In this document: positions 28,224 to 41,224 of the stretch, one piece after another
Layout: each line of letters begins with the position of its first letter
How positions within the stretch are numbered: the stretch's first letter is position 1
Source: Oligoflexales bacterium
GTDB taxonomy: Bacteria > Bdellovibrionota_B > Oligoflexia > Oligoflexales > Bog-1112
NCBI GenBank assembly: GCA_045106415.1
Contig: JBGCEP010000044.1
Span: 1-55,033, forward strand
Direction of reading: 5' to 3'
Length of the DNA: 55,033 nt
Position numbers and translations under genes: made by a program
Notes under the pieces: model-generated
What the model was told of the DNA's origin: nothing
The model's database searches: none
What the model saw: only the letters and a program-made list of their open reading frames with translations

Positions 28224-28709
28224 CTACCAGCGGTAGTGTGCAAAAGCTCTGTTCGCATCAGCCATTTTGTGCACGTCTTCACGGCGCTTGTAAGCACCTC
28301 CGCGCTTTTGGCAAGCATCAATCAATTCTGCTGCCAATTTTTCCTTCATGCTACGACCAGGTCTCTTGCGAGCAAACTCTTTCAACCAGCGGTGAGAAAG
28401 AGCCTGACGGCGGCGAGGAGCAACTTCAATCGGCACTTGGTAGTTTGAACCACCAACACGACGAGACTTTACTTCAAGCATAGGCTTGACGTTTTCGACT
28501 GCCAAATGGAAAACTTCCACCGCTGAAGAAGCACCAAAGTTTTGAGGCCCCTTGCTGTCGATCATCTCAATCGCACCGTAAAAAACTTTCTCTGCTGAAG
28601 CACGCTTACCGTGCATCATGATGCAAGAGATAAATTTTGTAACCATTTCTTCGCCAAATACTGGATCTGGCAGAACAACTCTTTTACTAGCACTTCGACG
28701 TCGCGCCAC
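28224..28709 (-). CDS. rpsG: 30S ribosomal protein S7
   Basis: GTG start; EVKSRRVGGSNYQVP, HKMADANRAFAHYRW. Confidence 0.98.
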   Translation of the reverse strand: MARRRSASKRVVLPDPVFGEEMVTKFISCIMMHGKRASAEKVFYGAIEMIDSKGPQNFGASSAVEVFHLAVENVKPMLEVKSRRVGGSNYQVPIEVAPRRRQALSHRWLKEFARKRPGRSMKEKLAAELIDACQKRGGAYKRREDVHKMADANRAFAHYRW

Positions 28710-28721
28710 AGTCCTCTCCTT

Positions 28722-29096
28722 TTACTTCTTCGGCTTCTTGGCGCCGTATTTACTACGAGCTTGGCGGCGACCATTAACACCTTGCGTATCCAAAGATCCA
28801 CGTACAATGTGATAACGAACACCCGGTAAGTCTTTGACTTTACCGCCACGTACAAGAACAACACTGTGCTCCTGTAAGTTATGGCCTTCACCACCAATGT
28901 ACGAAGTCACTTCGATACCGTTGGTTAAACGCACTCTTGCGACTTTACGCAATGCGGAGTTAGGTTTCTTTGGTGTTGTTGTATAAACTCTTACGCAAAC
29001 ACCACGCTTTTGAGGACATTTTTGTAGAGCTGGACCTTTTGATTGGTCTTTGCTTCTACTACGTCCATTCCGTATAATCTGATTAATCGTTGGCAT
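28722..29096 (-). CDS. rpsL: 30S ribosomal protein S12
   Basis: [32 protein letters not shown]; start moved to ATG 29096. Confidence 0.98.
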   Translation of the reverse strand: MPTINQIIRNGRSRSKDQSKGPALQKCPQKRGVCVRVYTTTPKKPNSALRKVARVRLTNGIEVTSYIGGEGHNLQEHSVVLVRGGKVKDLPGVRYHIVRGSLDTQGVNGRRQARSKYGAKKPKK

Positions 29097-29176
29097 TTCT
29101 GCATCCACCTTAACGAACAGGCCCTAAGACCTATCAGAACTGTTTAAAAACCTCAAGGAGAAACTCACTGTCTTTT

Positions 29177-32100
29177 TCAGACAGTGGCTGCAACTTGATC
29201 ACTTTTGTCATTTTCAGAACGCGGGACAGCTTCAGTTCCTCTATAACGAAGAGCACCTGTACCTGCTGGGATCAAACGTCCCATGATCACGTTTTCCTTC
29301 AATCCCCGTAAACCGTCAACTTTACTTGCTGTACTTGCTTGGGTAAGCACTTTCGTCGTTTCCTGGAAAGAAGCAGCAGAAATAAAACTGTCTGTTGAAA
29401 GAGAAGCTTTTGTAATACCGAGGAGAATAAGCTCCCACTTTGCCGGTTCTTCATCAGCTTCAACGGCTCTACGGTTCACTTCTTTCACATAGCCACGGTC
29501 AGCAGTCTCACCTGGTAGGAGAGGAGTGCTGCCTGGATCAGTGATCAACACACGACGCAGCATACGACGAATAACCACTTCGATATGCTTGTCGTTAATC
29601 TTAACACCCTGGAGCCGGTAAACTTCCTGAATCTCATTCACAAGGAACTCAGCCACTGCGACTTCACCCATAATCGCTAGGACCTCGTGCGGACTCATTT
29701 GACCATCAACGAGAAGCTCACCCTTACGGATATACTCCCCTTCGTTCACCAGAATGTGACGCCCTTTCGGGATCATAAACTCTGTCACATGACCTTCAGC
29801 ACCAGCAATACGTACACAACGTTTGCCTTTGACATCATCACCGAAACTCACTGTTCCGTCTTGATCTGCCATAATCGCGCTATCTTTAGGCTTTCTTGCT
29901 TCAAAGAGCTCAGCAACACGTGGAAGACCACCAGTAATATCTTTCGTTTTAGAAGTTTCACGAGGAATCTTCGCTAAAATATCACCTGCTTGAACTTCAT
30001 CACCATCATTTACATTGATAATACTTGCGATAGGAAGGCTGTAAGCCACTCGACCATCAACAATTTCAGTATCAGACGCATCTAATAGGCGAATAGAAGG
30101 CTTCAAGTCGCCACGCTTTGACTCCATAACAACTTTACGGGTCAAGAACGTAACATCATCCACACGCTCTTCAAGAGAAAGACCATCAACAAGGTCTGAA
30201 TATTTCACACGGCCCGATGCTTCAGCAAGAATCGGTACAGAGAAGGGATCCCATTCGCAAAGACGGTCGCCCGCCTTAATTTGATCGCCTTCTTGAACCT
30301 GCAGTCGGGAACCGTAAGTGATAGGATAAACATCACGAACATCACCAGCATCATCAAGAAGTTGCATTTCACCATTTCGTGAAAGAACAATGATTTCGCC
30401 AGATCTATTCTTCGAGAATCTCAAATTGTTAAATCGAATTTTACCTGTAAATCGACTTTCCAAATGACTCGCTTCAGCTTTGTGAGTTGCAGTTCCACCA
30501 AAGTGGAAGGTTTGCATGGTCAGCTGTGTTCCTGGCTCACCAATAGACTGAGCGGCAATAACACCAACAGCTTCACCGATACCAACTCGACGACCTGTAG
30601 AGAGGTCACGACCATAACAAGCTGCACAGACACCTCGCTCTGCTTGGCAAAGTAATAGCGTACGAATTTCGAGCTCTTCAACATCTGCGTCTTCAAGAAC
30701 AATGCAATCTTCTTCTTCAAGAAGCGTTCCTTCATTCAAGAGCAAGTGGCCTGTTTTCGGATGAAGTACATCACCAACAACAGTACGTCCCAAGACGCGT
30801 TCTGTGAGAGAAACACGCACTTCTGAGCCTTCACGAATTGCACTCACTCGTAGCCCTTCACGAATACCGCAGTCTGCTCCAAGAATAATAGTATCTTGAG
30901 CAACATCAACAAGACGTCGCGTCAAGTAACCAGAACTTGCAGTTTTCAATGCAGTATCAGCAAGACCCTTACGAGCACCGTGAGTAGAAGTAAAGTACTG
31001 ATGAACCGTCAAACCTTCACGGAAGTTCGCTGTAATTGGCGTCTCAATAATCTCACCTGACGGTTTCGACATAAGACCCCTCATACCAGCCAACTGACGA
31101 ATCTGTTGAGCTGAACCACGAGCACCCGAATCGGCCATCATAAAGATACTGTTGTCGCTTGGAACTTGGTGCTTCTTCCCGTCACGACTTTCAACTTCCA
31201 TTTCCGCAATGTTTTGGAACATGGATCGACCAACTTCTTCAGTGACCTTTGCCCAGATGTCAACAACCTTGTTATAGCGCTCACCTTCAGTCAAAAGACC
31301 TTCAGAATATTGCTCCTTAACCCGTTGAACATCAGAATAAGCATCAACAAGCAGTTTTGCTTTTACTTGAGGAACAACCATGTCACGAATAGCAATAGAA
31401 AGACCGGCACGTGTCGAATACTGGTAACCTAAAGTTCTCAAAGCATCAGCAATAAGCACAGTACGTTTTGGGCCCACAATTCGGAAACAATCATCGATCA
31501 ACTTCGCAAGTTCTTTTTTACCCAAGACCTTGTTGTAGCTTTCAAAATCAATTTCCTCAGGAATGACTTCAGAAAGCAAAGCACGCCCTACAGTTGTAGA
31601 ACGAAGTTGACCCTTCATGCGAACACGCACTGGCGCTTGAAGACTAATCGCACCATGGTCATAAGCTGCTCGCGTTTCAATCAAGTCAGAGAAAGTGCTG
31701 CCAGCACCTTGCGCACCAATATCTTCACGTGTGAGGTAATAAATACCAAGAACGATATCATGCGAAGGAATAATAACCGGACTTCCTGAAGCTGGGCTCA
31801 AGATGTTGTTTGTCGACATCATTAAGACTCGAGCTTCCATTTGCGCTTCTACAGAAAGAGGCAAATGAACGGCCATCTGGTCACCGTCAAAGTCTGCGTT
31901 AAAAGCAAAGCAAACAAGCGGGTGAAGACGAATTGCTTTTCCTTCAATCAAGACAGGTTCAAATGCTTGAATACCTAATCTGTGAAGGGTCGGAGCACGG
32001 TTCAAAAGAACAGGGTGTTCTTTTGTGACTTCTTCAAGAATATCCCAAACTTCAGGGTGTTCTTTTTCAACAAGTTTTTTCGCGCTTTTAATTGTTGAAA

Positions 32101-33307
32101 CAATTCCATGCTCTTCAAGCTTTGAGTATAGGAAAGGTTTAAATAGCTCAATAGCCATCTTTTTAGGAAGACCACATTGATGCAATTTTAATTCTGGACC
32201 TACAACAATAACTGAACGACCAGAATAATCGACACGTTTACCAAGAAGGTTTTGACGGAATCGACCTTGCTTCCCTTTCAAGAAATCTGAAAGTGAACGC
32301 AATGGACGTTTGTTAGGGCCAGTAAAGACCTTGCCACGACGTCCGTTATCAAACAACGCATCAACAGCTTCTTGAAGCATACGCTTTTCATTGCGAACAA
32401 TGATCTCTGGCGCGTTCAATTCAATCAACCGAAGAAGACGGTTGTTTCTGTTAATCACTCGTCTGTACAAATCATTCAAATCTGAAGTTGCAAAGCGTCC
32501 ACCATCCAAAGGAACAAGTGGTCGCAAATCTGGAGGCTGCACAGGAATAACAGTAAGAACCATCCATTCAGGACGAGCACCAAAATCACCATTCGCATCT
32601 CTAGAATTAAATGCTTCAATGACTTTTAGTCGTTTTTGAATTTTCTTACGGGCACCATCAGATGTTGTTTCTTTAAGATCTTGGCGAAGCTGCTCGTTTT
32701 GTTCGTCTACACGAACTTGACGAAGAAGCTCAAGAATAGCTTCAGCACCAACTCCAACACGGAAAGCTCCGTTACCGTAATCGGCCAACGCTTCTTCATA
32801 CTCTTCTTCACCAAGAACAGTACCAGGTTTCAAGCGTGTAACAGCTTCATCTCCACCATCAAGGACAAGATAAGCTTCACTGTATAGAACTCGCTCAATG
32901 TCTTTCAGAGTGATATCCAGAACAGCACCAATCCTAGAAGGCAAAGACTTCAAGTACCAGATATGAGCAACTGGAGTCGCGAGGTTGATGTGACCCATAC
33001 GTTCTCGACGAACTTTAGAATGGATAACTTCAACACCACACTTGTCACAGACAATCCCCCGGTGTTTCATGCGTTTGTACTTACCGCAAATACACTCAAA
33101 GTCTCTTACTGGACCAAAAATCTTGGCGCAAAAAAGGCCATCTCTCTCAGGCTTAAAAGTCCGGTAATTAATAGTTTCCGGCTTTTTAACCTCACCATAC
33201 GACCAACTTCTGATTTTCTCAGGTGACGCAATGGAAATCTTCATAGCTGAGAAATTCAACGGATCTGTTGGTTTCTCAAAAAAGTTTAGCAAGTCTTTCA
33301 AACCCAT
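29177..33307 (-). CDS. rpoC: DNA-directed RNA polymerase beta' subunit
   Basis: KPETINYRT, Zn-finger [36 protein letters not shown]. Confidence 0.99.
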   Translation of the reverse strand: MGLKDLLNFFEKPTDPLNFSAMKISIASPEKIRSWSYGEVKKPETINYRTFKPERDGLFCAKIFGPVRDFECICGKYKRMKHRGIVCDKCGVEVIHSKVRRERMGHINLATPVAHIWYLKSLPSRIGAVLDITLKDIERVLYSEAYLVLDGGDEAVTRLKPGTVLGEEEYEEALADYGNGAFRVGVGAEAILELLRQVRVDEQNEQLRQDLKETTSDGARKKIQKRLKVIEAFNSRDANGDFGARPEWMVLTVIPVQPPDLRPLVPLDGGRFATSDLNDLYRRVINRNNRLLRLIELNAPEIIVRNEKRMLQEAVDALFDNGRRGKVFTGPNKRPLRSLSDFLKGKQGRFRQNLLGKRVDYSGRSVIVVGPELKLHQCGLPKKMAIELFKPFLYSKLEEHGIVSTIKSAKKLVEKEHPEVWDILEEVTKEHPVLLNRAPTLHRLGIQAFEPVLIEGKAIRLHPLVCFAFNADFDGDQMAVHLPLSVEAQMEARVLMMSTNNILSPASGSPVIIPSHDIVLGIYYLTREDIGAQGAGSTFSDLIETRAAYDHGAISLQAPVRVRMKGQLRSTTVGRALLSEVIPEEIDFESYNKVLGKKELAKLIDDCFRIVGPKRTVLIADALRTLGYQYSTRAGLSIAIRDMVVPQVKAKLLVDAYSDVQRVKEQYSEGLLTEGERYNKVVDIWAKVTEEVGRSMFQNIAEMEVESRDGKKHQVPSDNSIFMMADSGARGSAQQIRQLAGMRGLMSKPSGEIIETPITANFREGLTVHQYFTSTHGARKGLADTALKTASSGYLTRRLVDVAQDTIILGADCGIREGLRVSAIREGSEVRVSLTERVLGRTVVGDVLHPKTGHLLLNEGTLLEEEDCIVLEDADVEELEIRTLLLCQAERGVCAACYGRDLSTGRRVGIGEAVGVIAAQSIGEPGTQLTMQTFHFGGTATHKAEASHLESRFTGKIRFNNLRFSKNRSGEIIVLSRNGEMQLLDDAGDVRDVYPITYGSRLQVQEGDQIKAGDRLCEWDPFSVPILAEASGRVKYSDLVDGLSLEERVDDVTFLTRKVVMESKRGDLKPSIRLLDASDTEIVDGRVAYSLPIASIINVNDGDEVQAGDILAKIPRETSKTKDITGGLPRVAELFEARKPKDSAIMADQDGTVSFGDDVKGKRCVRIAGAEGHVTEFMIPKGRHILVNEGEYIRKGELLVDGQMSPHEVLAIMGEVAVAEFLVNEIQEVYRLQGVKINDKHIEVVIRRMLRRVLITDPGSTPLLPGETADRGYVKEVNRRAVEADEEPAKWELILLGITKASLSTDSFISAASFQETTKVLTQASTASKVDGLRGLKENVIMGRLIPAGTGALRYRGTEAVPRSENDKSDQVAATV

Positions 33308-33340
33308 CTCCCGCGGATGATTGACTCTAACTGAAACGAC

Positions 33341-33370
33341 CAGGCTGGAAAGAGTCAGCTTTCCAGCCTG
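33341..33370. other. Perfect hairpin in the rpoB-rpoC spacer
   Basis: CAGGCTGGAAAG-AGTCAG-CTTTCCAGCCTG: 12-bp stem, no strong U-tract. Confidence 0.6.
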
Positions 33371-33398
33371 CTATCGACATCATGGTCATAAAAGTGGA

Positions 33399-36300
33399 TT
33401 AACGTTGAAGAACGTCAATTCCAACTTCTTTACCATCATCTCTTAACAAATTAACATCTAAGCACAAGCTCTGAAGCTCTTTCACAAGAACGTTAAAGCT
33501 TTCCGGAATTCCTGGCGTCACAACATTTGTCCCTTTTACAATGGACTCATACATGCGTGTTCGACCAAGAACATCATCTGATTTCACTGTGAGCATCTCT
33601 TGTAGAGTATAAGCTGCACCGTAAGCTTCCATTGCCCAAACTTCCATCTCTCCAAGACGCTGACCACCAAACTGAGCTTTACCACCCAAAGGCTGCTGAG
33701 TCACAAGAGAGTAAGGACCAATAGAACGAGCGTGAATCTTTTCATCAACCAAATGGTGAAGCTTCAAGACATACATCACACCAACAGTTACTCTTTCTCG
33801 GAATTTCTCCCCAGTAAGACCATCGTAAAGATCTGTTTGCCCATCCGTATCAACGCCACCAAGCGCAAGAGCGGATTCAATTTCTGGCTCATTTGCCCCA
33901 TCAAACACAGGGTTTGCAACGTGAACACCTTCACGGTACTTACGTACAAATCGCTTCAACTGATCATCAGAACAAGAATTTAAGAATTCTGCCATCTCAT
34001 CTCGAATACCTTTTGCATCCCAGATTTTCAGACACATATCCACAAGTTCTTGGCGAATAAACTGCTTATCAAGCATCTCATTCAAACGTTCACCTAAGTG
34101 CTTAGCAGCCCAACCCAAGTGAGTTTCCAAAATCTGCCCAACGTTCATCCTCGAAGGAACACCAAGAGGATTCAAGACGATATCAACAGGTTTACCATCG
34201 GCAGTAAACGGCATGTCATGCTCAGGAAGAATCTGAGAAATCACACCTTTGTTACCGTGTCGACCAGCCATCTTATCGCCGACTTTCAACTTACGTTTAA
34301 TCGCGATATAGACTTTAACCATCTTAACAACGCCTGGAGGCAACTCATTACCTTTTGAGTTTTTCTTCAGAAGCTCTTCTGTCATCACTTTAATCTGCGT
34401 AATTTTTTCTTTCAAATCACGAAGAACTTGAGTCAACAGGTTATTTTTAGAAGCATCTTGAACAACAATTTGGAACCAATTTTGATAGCCCAAATCCTCA
34501 AGAAGCGACGGAGAAACCTGCGCACCTTTCGATGCAACCACCACACCCTCTGAATTCCGAATATCTTCAGCGAGCATCGCGTTATCTGCAATTGTTAAGA
34601 TTTTGCCTTGAGCAGAATCTTTAATAATATTAATTCTTGCAGACTCATTTTTCTTAAGTTTTATTTCTTCTTCACCTTCGATTTGAAGAGTTCTGACATC
34701 TTTTTCAGTCCCTTCACGTGAGAAGACTTTACAACCGATAACAGTACCACTTACACCAGGAGAAACTCTCAAGGATGTATCGCGAACGTCACCAGCTTTC
34801 TCACCAAAAATAGCCCGGAGAAGTTTTTCTTCAGGGGTTAATTGAGTCTCACCCTTTGGTGTAATCTTACCAACAAGGATATCACCAGGTTTAACTTCAG
34901 CCCCTATTCTCACGATACCAGCTTCATCTAAGTCAGAGAATGCTTCTTCACTGATATTTGGAATATCAGCAGTAATCTCTTCTTGACCAAGCTTTGTATC
35001 ACGAGAAATACATTCAAATTCCTGGATATGCACAGAAGTATACAGATCTTCTTTTACAACTCTTTCAGAAATCAAGATTGAATCTTCAAAGTTGTAACCA
35101 TTCCAAGGCATGAAGGCGACAACAAGGTTCTGCCCTAAAGCAAGCTCACCTGTTTCAGTACCAAAACCATCAGTGATCACATCACCAACACGCACTCTTT
35201 CGCCAACACGGACGATCGGTTTTTCATTGATACAAGTATCAAGGTTTGATCGTCTATATTTTCTTAAAGTATAAATATCAACATCAGCACCAACCACAGT
35301 TAAGGTATCAGCATCATCTGCAGAATTTGCAGGGTCCACATCAACTTTAACAACGATACGATCCGCATCGACCGAAGCAATAATACCATTTCTACGAGCA
35401 ACCGATACAGCACCTGAGTCACGAGCAACAATACCCTCAACACCTGTACCAACAAGAGGAGCTCGAGTCTTAATCAGAGGCACTGCCTGCCTCATCATGT
35501 TCGAACCCATCAACGCACGGTTTGCATCATCGTTTTGAAGAAACGGAATCAAACTAGCAGCAACAGAAACAAGCTGGGTTGTTGAGACATCCATCAAGTC
35601 TGCTTCTTCTGGCCTTACAGACTCACTCTCACCTTTACGGCGAGCAGCAACAAGGCCGTCAGACGCAATCTCATCGGACCAATTTGGAGCCCTAGAACTT
35701 GCCTGGGCAATAATATGATCTCGATCTTCTTCACTCGCAGAGTAGTAGCGAACTTCGCCCTCTTGTGTATCCGAATCTTCACGTGGAGTCAGCGTTTTGT
35801 ATGGCGTTTCAATAAAACCATACTGATTAACTCGAGCAAAACTCGCCAAAGAAGAAATCAATCCAATATTTGGACCCTCTGGAGTTTCTACAGGACAAAT
35901 ACGCCCGTAGTGAGTTGGATGAACGTCACGGACCTCAAAGCCCGCCCTTTCACGACTCAAACCACCAGGCCCAAGAGCAGACAAACGTCTCTTATGAGTA
36001 ATCTCAGAAAGAGGGTTTGTTTGGTCCATAAATTGGCTCAACTGAGAGCTACCAAAGAACTCTTTGACAACAGCAGCAGCCGGCTTGTTGTTTATAAAAT
36101 CATGAGGCAACAATGTGTCAACATCGTGCATTTGAAGACGCTCACGAATCGCTCTTTCAATTCGAAGCAAGCCAATACGATATTGATTCTCTAAAAGTTC
36201 ACCAACTGCACGAACTCGACGATTACCCAAGTGGTCAATATCATCTATATCGCCACGCCCAGCTTTCAAATTGTATAGACAGCGAATCGTTTCAAGAATA

Positions 36301-37595
36301 TCCGTACGTGTCAAAGTTCCTTGTTCTAAAGGCTCATTCACACCAAGACGTTCATTGACTTTCAAACGACCAACAACTGATAAGTCATATCTATCAGCAT
36401 CAAATAACAAGCCGTTGAAAAGAATTTCCGCTGGTTCCAAACTGGGTGGGTCACCAGGACGCATGCGGCGGTAAATTTCAAGAATCGCTTGCTCACGATT
36501 TTCGATATTGTCAGCATCAAGTGTATTTCTGAACGAAAGATCGACCCCCATTCCATCTACAAACAGCAACTGGAATGATTCAATAGAGTGTTCAGAGATC
36601 AACTCAACATCAGCTGATTCCAAGACATGGTTGATAGGAATCAACTCTTCACCTTGGCTATCATAAATAGGTCGCGCTGTGACTTGACCAACCAATGAAG
36701 GCTTTTCAACACGAATATACTCAAGCTCAGCAGCCTGCATTTGGCGAATAACACCAGCAGAAATTCTGCGACCTTGCTTGACGTAAACCTGACCTGACTT
36801 AGGATCAACAATATCATCGACAGCACGCTGCCCACGAAGTTGCTCATAGTTCAATCGTTTTTGGAAATTACCAAATCGGTCAGTCTTGATTTCTTCTTTT
36901 TCATAGAAGGTATCAAGAAGCTCTTCAACCCCATAGCCTAAAGCCTTAAGGAAGATTGTAGCGTGCATTTTTCGACGACGGTCAATACGGACATGTAAGA
37001 TGTCTTTCGCGTCAAACTCGAAATCGAGCCATGAGCCACGGTAAGGAATGATCCGAGCTGTGAATAAAACCTTGCCTGAAGCAGAGTTTTTTCCTCGATC
37101 ATGATCAAAGAAGACACCAGAAGAGCGATGAAGCTGCGAAACAACTACACGCTCCGTGCCATTAATAATGAATGTTCCGCTTTCAGTCATAAGAGGTATT
37201 TCACCGAAATACACTTCCTGTTCTTTGACATCACGTATCGTGCGAACAGAGCTTTCTTTATCCACGTCCCAAATAACAAGTCGAATAACGACTTTTAATG
37301 GCGCAGAATAGCTCATGCCTCGCTGACGACACTCAGCAACATTGTATTTTGGATCATCAAGAGAATAGCCTACAAACTCAACAGAGGCTGTTCCTGAAAA
37401 ATCAGTGATTGGAAAGACAGACTCAAACACCGCTTGAAGTCCGACGCTTTTCCTCTTCGAAGGATCGACGTCCATCTGAAGAAATTCACCGTAACTACGT
37501 CTCTGAATTTCGACAAGGTAAGGGAGTTCAAGGGAATTAGCTATCTTCTGGTAGCTCTTTCGCGGGCGAATAAAAGAGGCCCCAAATGACGTCAT
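33399..37595 (-). CDS. rpoB: DNA-directed RNA polymerase beta subunit
   Basis: [45 protein letters not shown]. Confidence 0.99.
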   Translation of the reverse strand: MTSFGASFIRPRKSYQKIANSLELPYLVEIQRRSYGEFLQMDVDPSKRKSVGLQAVFESVFPITDFSGTASVEFVGYSLDDPKYNVAECRQRGMSYSAPLKVVIRLVIWDVDKESSVRTIRDVKEQEVYFGEIPLMTESGTFIINGTERVVVSQLHRSSGVFFDHDRGKNSASGKVLFTARIIPYRGSWLDFEFDAKDILHVRIDRRRKMHATIFLKALGYGVEELLDTFYEKEEIKTDRFGNFQKRLNYEQLRGQRAVDDIVDPKSGQVYVKQGRRISAGVIRQMQAAELEYIRVEKPSLVGQVTARPIYDSQGEELIPINHVLESADVELISEHSIESFQLLFVDGMGVDLSFRNTLDADNIENREQAILEIYRRMRPGDPPSLEPAEILFNGLLFDADRYDLSVVGRLKVNERLGVNEPLEQGTLTRTDILETIRCLYNLKAGRGDIDDIDHLGNRRVRAVGELLENQYRIGLLRIERAIRERLQMHDVDTLLPHDFINNKPAAAVVKEFFGSSQLSQFMDQTNPLSEITHKRRLSALGPGGLSRERAGFEVRDVHPTHYGRICPVETPEGPNIGLISSLASFARVNQYGFIETPYKTLTPREDSDTQEGEVRYYSASEEDRDHIIAQASSRAPNWSDEIASDGLVAARRKGESESVRPEEADLMDVSTTQLVSVAASLIPFLQNDDANRALMGSNMMRQAVPLIKTRAPLVGTGVEGIVARDSGAVSVARRNGIIASVDADRIVVKVDVDPANSADDADTLTVVGADVDIYTLRKYRRSNLDTCINEKPIVRVGERVRVGDVITDGFGTETGELALGQNLVVAFMPWNGYNFEDSILISERVVKEDLYTSVHIQEFECISRDTKLGQEEITADIPNISEEAFSDLDEAGIVRIGAEVKPGDILVGKITPKGETQLTPEEKLLRAIFGEKAGDVRDTSLRVSPGVSGTVIGCKVFSREGTEKDVRTLQIEGEEEIKLKKNESARINIIKDSAQGKILTIADNAMLAEDIRNSEGVVVASKGAQVSPSLLEDLGYQNWFQIVVQDASKNNLLTQVLRDLKEKITQIKVMTEELLKKNSKGNELPPGVVKMVKVYIAIKRKLKVGDKMAGRHGNKGVISQILPEHDMPFTADGKPVDIVLNPLGVPSRMNVGQILETHLGWAAKHLGERLNEMLDKQFIRQELVDMCLKIWDAKGIRDEMAEFLNSCSDDQLKRFVRKYREGVHVANPVFDGANEPEIESALALGGVDTDGQTDLYDGLTGEKFRERVTVGVMYVLKLHHLVDEKIHARSIGPYSLVTQQPLGGKAQFGGQRLGEMEVWAMEAYGAAYTLQEMLTVKSDDVLGRTRMYESIVKGTNVVTPGIPESFNVLVKELQSLCLDVNLLRDDGKEVGIDVLQR

Positions 37596-37709
37596 ATGGC
37601 ACTCCGAGCAGAATCATGCGAACAAGAGAAACCCACGGAGTAACATAAACTCAGTGGCTTGATCCCGGGAACTTTTCTTAAGGCGCCCCAAATGGGGCAC
37701 CAAAAGAGT

Positions 37710-38087
37710 TTACTTAATTTCAACAGAAGCACCAGCTTTTTCAAGCGCTTCTTTCAACTTATCAGCGTCTTCTTTAGAAATCGCTTCTTTCACGTTGCTT
37801 GGAGCGCTTTCAACAAGCTCTTTTGCTTCTTTAAGGCCAAGACCTGTGATCGCACGAATTTCTTTAATCACGTTGATTTTTTTCTCACCGAAAGACTTAA
37901 GAACAACTGTGAATTCAGTTTGTTCTTCAGCAGCAGCAGCGCCTGCACCTGGCATAGCAGCCATAGCTACTGGAGCAGCAGCACTAACGCCAAATTTTTC
38001 TTCAAGATCTTTAACCAAGTCAGCAGCTTCGAGAAGAGTCAACTTTTCAAGAAATTCAATAACTTGTTCTTTAGTTACACTAGACAT
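37710..38087 (-). CDS. rplL: 50S ribosomal protein L7/L12
   Basis: [37 protein letters not shown]; start ATG 38087 after AAGGAG. Confidence 0.98.
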   Translation of the reverse strand: MSSVTKEQVIEFLEKLTLLEAADLVKDLEEKFGVSAAAPVAMAAMPGAGAAAAEEQTEFTVVLKSFGEKKINVIKEIRAITGLGLKEAKELVESAPSNVKEAISKEDADKLKEALEKAGASVEIK

Positions 38088-38144
38088 AATAATTCTCCTT
38101 AAAAACCTCATCCACTTGGATCAGGTAACTTATATTCATCAAAA

Positions 38145-38681
38145 TCAGTTCGTTTTTTTGTCCTTGATAGCACCAACAACTTGAACCAAGTTGCGAGCAA
38201 CACCATTAAGAACACCCAACAATCCGCGATGCGGCGATACAATAGAGCCAACAATTTGGCCAAGCAATACTTCCTTCGAAGGAAGGTCTGAAATTGCTTT
38301 TAATTCCTCGAGACTAACGCCTCGGCCTTCAAGAACACCACCCGAAACCTTAAAGTTTGGGAAGTCGCCATCAGCCTTGACCAAGACTTTACTTGCCGCC
38401 GCAATATCACCGTAGATATAAGCAACACCAATTGGGCCTTTAAGTTGATCACGAAGCGCATCCCACTTCTCAGCACTCTCAGATTGAGAAATTGCTTCAC
38501 GTGTGACGCGGTTGTTAGCAATTTTAAACTCTGCTTCAACTTCTTGCAGTTGATTACGGAGTTCTGCGAGTTCATTCGCACTCATGCCTCTGTATTCTGC
38601 AACAACTGAAGCAGAAGCTTTTGACATTTTTTCAGCGAGATTTTGAGCTATCTCAATTTTTGAGCTTTTCAGCCTTGCCAT
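38145..38681 (-). CDS. rplJ: 50S ribosomal protein L10
   Basis: VVAEYRGMS..LAELR, LKGP, ISDLPSKEVLLGQ; located between rplA and rplL. Confidence 0.95.
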   Translation of the reverse strand: MARLKSSKIEIAQNLAEKMSKASASVVAEYRGMSANELAELRNQLQEVEAEFKIANNRVTREAISQSESAEKWDALRDQLKGPIGVAYIYGDIAAASKVLVKADGDFPNFKVSGGVLEGRGVSLEELKAISDLPSKEVLLGQIVGSIVSPHRGLLGVLNGVARNLVQVVGAIKDKKTN

Positions 38682-38694
38682 AACTTCACCTCGC

Positions 38695-39384
38695 CTACTT
38701 ATATGCTACTGTGTCGATTTTAATCCCAGGACCCATTGTTGCAGAAAGGCCAATCTTCTTAAGATAAGCACCTTTTGCAGCAGCCGGCTTCAATTTAACG
38801 AGAGCGTCAATAACTGCTTCCGCATTTTCTGCCAACTTGTTTGAATCCATATCAACACGCCCGATTGCAGTGTGAACGTTTCCTGCTTTATCAACACGGA
38901 ACTCAGAGCGACCTGCTTTAAGTTCACGAATTGTAGCAGAAACATCAAAAGTCACTGTTCCAACTCTTGGATTTGGCATCATACCACGAGGACCTAAAAT
39001 TTTACCTAGCTTACCAACAACACCCATCATATCTGGAGTTGCAATAACACTATCAAAATCTAACCAGCCTTCTTGGATTTTTTGAGCCAAGTCTTCAGCG
39101 CCAACAGCAGAAACGTTCTCTTGCCCTGCTTCAACAGCTTTTTCACCGCGAGCAAAAACAACAACTCGAACATCTTTACCACTACCATGAGGCAGAGATG
39201 TCGCGCCACGAACATTCTGATCTGCATGACGAGGGTCTACACCCAGCCGCACGACCATTTCTACTCGACCCGGGAATTTGGTGTAAGAGCTTTTTTTAGC
39301 AACCTCAACACCATCCAACATCGAATAGAGTCGGTTGCTCTCGACGAGCTCCGCAGAAGCGCGGTATTTCCGACCTTTTTTCAT
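38695..39384 (-). CDS. rplA: 50S ribosomal protein L1
   Basis: LGVDPRHADQNVRG, ILGPRGMMPNP, FRVDKAG, TMGPG. Confidence 0.98.
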   Translation of the reverse strand: MKKGRKYRASAELVESNRLYSMLDGVEVAKKSSYTKFPGRVEMVVRLGVDPRHADQNVRGATSLPHGSGKDVRVVVFARGEKAVEAGQENVSAVGAEDLAQKIQEGWLDFDSVIATPDMMGVVGKLGKILGPRGMMPNPRVGTVTFDVSATIRELKAGRSEFRVDKAGNVHTAIGRVDMDSNKLAENAEAVIDALVKLKPAAAKGAYLKKIGLSATMGPGIKIDTVAYK

Positions 39385-39393
39385 TCAAACTCC

Positions 39394-39431
39394 GTAGTTC
39401 TTACGAGACGCTCTAAAAACATCTCTCCTAC
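39394..39431 (-). promoter_or_regulatory. Putative ribosomal protein L1-binding autoregulatory RNA (rplK-rplA spacer)
   Basis: Minus strand GTAG-GAG-AGATG...CGTCT-CGTAAGAA-CTAC: two helices around an asymmetric internal loop, abutting the rplA GGAG Shine-Dalgarno. Confidence 0.65.
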
Positions 39432-39452
39432 TATCAATACAAAAGTTATCGA

Positions 39453-39875
39453 CTAGATAACTTTCAAACCCATACTTCGAGCAGAGCCTTCAATAATCTT
39501 CACAGCCGCTGCTTCATCTCTCGCGTTCAAGTCTGCCATCTTCGCTTTTGCGATTTCTGCAACCTGATCATGAGTCACCTCACCAACTACCGCGGTGCCA
39601 GGTGTTTGAGACCCTTTATCAAGCTTTGCTGCTTTTTTCAGCAAATCAGACGCAGGAGGACTCTTTGTAATAAAGCTAAAAGATTTGTCTGCGTATACAG
39701 TAATCACTGTAGGCAGGACAGAACCCGCTTGCTTTTGAGTTCTAGCATTAAACTCTTTGCAGAACGCCATGATATTGACGCCACGCTGACCAAGAGCAGG
39801 ACCCACTGGAGGAGCTGGGTTTGCTTTGCCCGCAGGAATCTGCAATTTAATATATCCGGTTACTTTTTTGGCCAC
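39453..39875 (-). CDS. rplK: 50S ribosomal protein L11
   Basis: [45 protein letters not shown] start after AGGAGG. Confidence 0.98.
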   Translation of the reverse strand: MAKKVTGYIKLQIPAGKANPAPPVGPALGQRGVNIMAFCKEFNARTQKQAGSVLPTVITVYADKSFSFITKSPPASDLLKKAAKLDKGSQTPGTAVVGEVTHDQVAEIAKAKMADLNARDEAAAVKIIEGSARSMGLKVI

Positions 39876-39995
39876 GTCTGTTGCCTCCTTAACTTAGTCT
39901 ACCGAGTCGCACGACAACGGAGATCGTGAAATAAGCGATCTAAATTCAATTGTCAAGAGATTTCGTAAAAAACACTCTCTGAAACCAGCTTCACA

Positions 39996-40664
39996 CTAAT
40001 CAAGTTTCTCCACTTGACCAAAAGAAAGTTCCACTGGAGTCTCACGACCAAAAATACTCACAAGAACACGAAGCTTCATCTTGTCTTGTTTTACTTCTTC
40101 AATAATCCCAGAGAAATTCATGAACGGTCCATCCATAACCTTAACCGACTCACCCTTACTGTAAGCCGCCTGAACCTCTACCTTTTCAACTTCAACGCCA
40201 GTATCCTGATCAAGAAGCCTCAAAATATCCCTGTCGCTCACTGGCTTAGGCTGCTTTTTACCACCTAAAAAACCAGTCACTCGAGGAGTCGAGGTCACAC
40301 AGCCCATAGTTGTGTCATTCAATTCCATTTGAATGATGACATACCCTGGGAATACAGTTTTATCGATTTTTCGTTTTTTACCGCTCTGCAGAACTTTTTC
40401 AGTCGTCACTTTAGGGACAAGAACTCGACCAAAAGAAGATTCAATACCAGCTCGCTCAATTCTCTGAATAAGAGTACGTCGAACTGAATCTTCAGAACCT
40501 GAGTGCGTGTTCACAATATACCAGCGGTATCTTGGGTCAAGCACAGGAATATCGTTTTCATCATCCCCAGCACTCACTTCACCATGAACCTCTGAAGACA
40601 CTTCTTCACTCATTGGCTCTTCAGAAATTTGAGCTTGATCTTGGGATTCAACATCGGACATCAT
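39996..40664 (-). CDS. nusG: Transcription termination/antitermination factor NusG (with acidic N-terminal extension)
   Basis: [26 protein letters not shown] motif [19 protein letters not shown]. Confidence 0.97.
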   Translation of the reverse strand: MMSDVESQDQAQISEEPMSEEVSSEVHGEVSAGDDENDIPVLDPRYRWYIVNTHSGSEDSVRRTLIQRIERAGIESSFGRVLVPKVTTEKVLQSGKKRKIDKTVFPGYVIIQMELNDTTMGCVTSTPRVTGFLGGKKQPKPVSDRDILRLLDQDTGVEVEKVEVQAAYSKGESVKVMDGPFMNFSGIIEEVKQDKMKLRVLVSIFGRETPVELSFGQVEKLD

Positions 40665-40706
40665 AACAACACAACCTCACCGACACTCGTCGGCCACAGC
40701 TCTTAA

Positions 40707-41087
40707 CTATGAAATAATAGCTCGCAACACGAGCGACCAGACAAAGTCAAAAGCACCTAATATAATCGAAAACACACCAACAACAACAGCAACTATCCAA
40801 GTCATCTTTTGAGTTGCCTCAGCTGTTGGCCAAGTTACTTTTCTAGCCTCAGCAATTGCTGATACATGATACGCTTTGCGATCAGGGTCTCGGCCCATCA
40901 CCCAAAACGCAAAAACACCCAACAAAGCACAAATCACCGGTTTCGCAACAGGAAACCAAGAGTCATAGCGCTCCGCAAGACGGAAATAGTCGGAAGCTGA
41001 TCCGAGAGCCTTAGAACACACATAAGCCACAATGATACCAAACATCACGTAGCACATCTTGAGCCAGGTTTCGTCATCTTTTTGCAT
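40707..41087 (-). CDS. secE: Preprotein translocase subunit SecE (3-TM form)
   Basis: EARKVTWPT motif followed by a TM helix; two extra N-terminal TMs; located between tRNA-Trp and nusG. Confidence 0.9.
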   Translation of the reverse strand: MQKDDETWLKMCYVMFGIIVAYVCSKALGSASDYFRLAERYDSWFPVAKPVICALLGVFAFWVMGRDPDRKAYHVSAIAEARKVTWPTAEATQKMTWIVAVVVGVFSIILGAFDFVWSLVLRAIIS

Positions 41088-41117
41088 ACCAACCCTGCAT
41101 AGTAAGAGGTGTCAGAG

Positions 41118-41191
41118 CAGGCGAGGAGGGACTCGAACCCCCAGCATGCGGATTTGGAATCCGCCGCTCTACCAATTGGAGCTACTCGCCT
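41118..41191 (-). tRNA. tRNA-Trp(CCA); 3' CCA not encoded
   Basis: AGGCGAG/CTCGCCT acceptor, GCGGA-TTCCAAA-TCCGC anticodon arm, TTCGAGT T-loop; followed by CTC rather than CCA. Confidence 0.95.
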
Positions 41192-41216
41192 AAAAACCTA
41201 GGCCTTACGACCTAGG
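41192..41216 (-). terminator. Terminator-like hairpin between tuf and tRNA-Trp
   Basis: Minus strand CCTAGGTC-GTAA-GGCCTAGG-TTTTT (8-bp stem, GNRA loop, U5). Confidence 0.55.
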
Positions 41217-41224
41217 ATATAATC

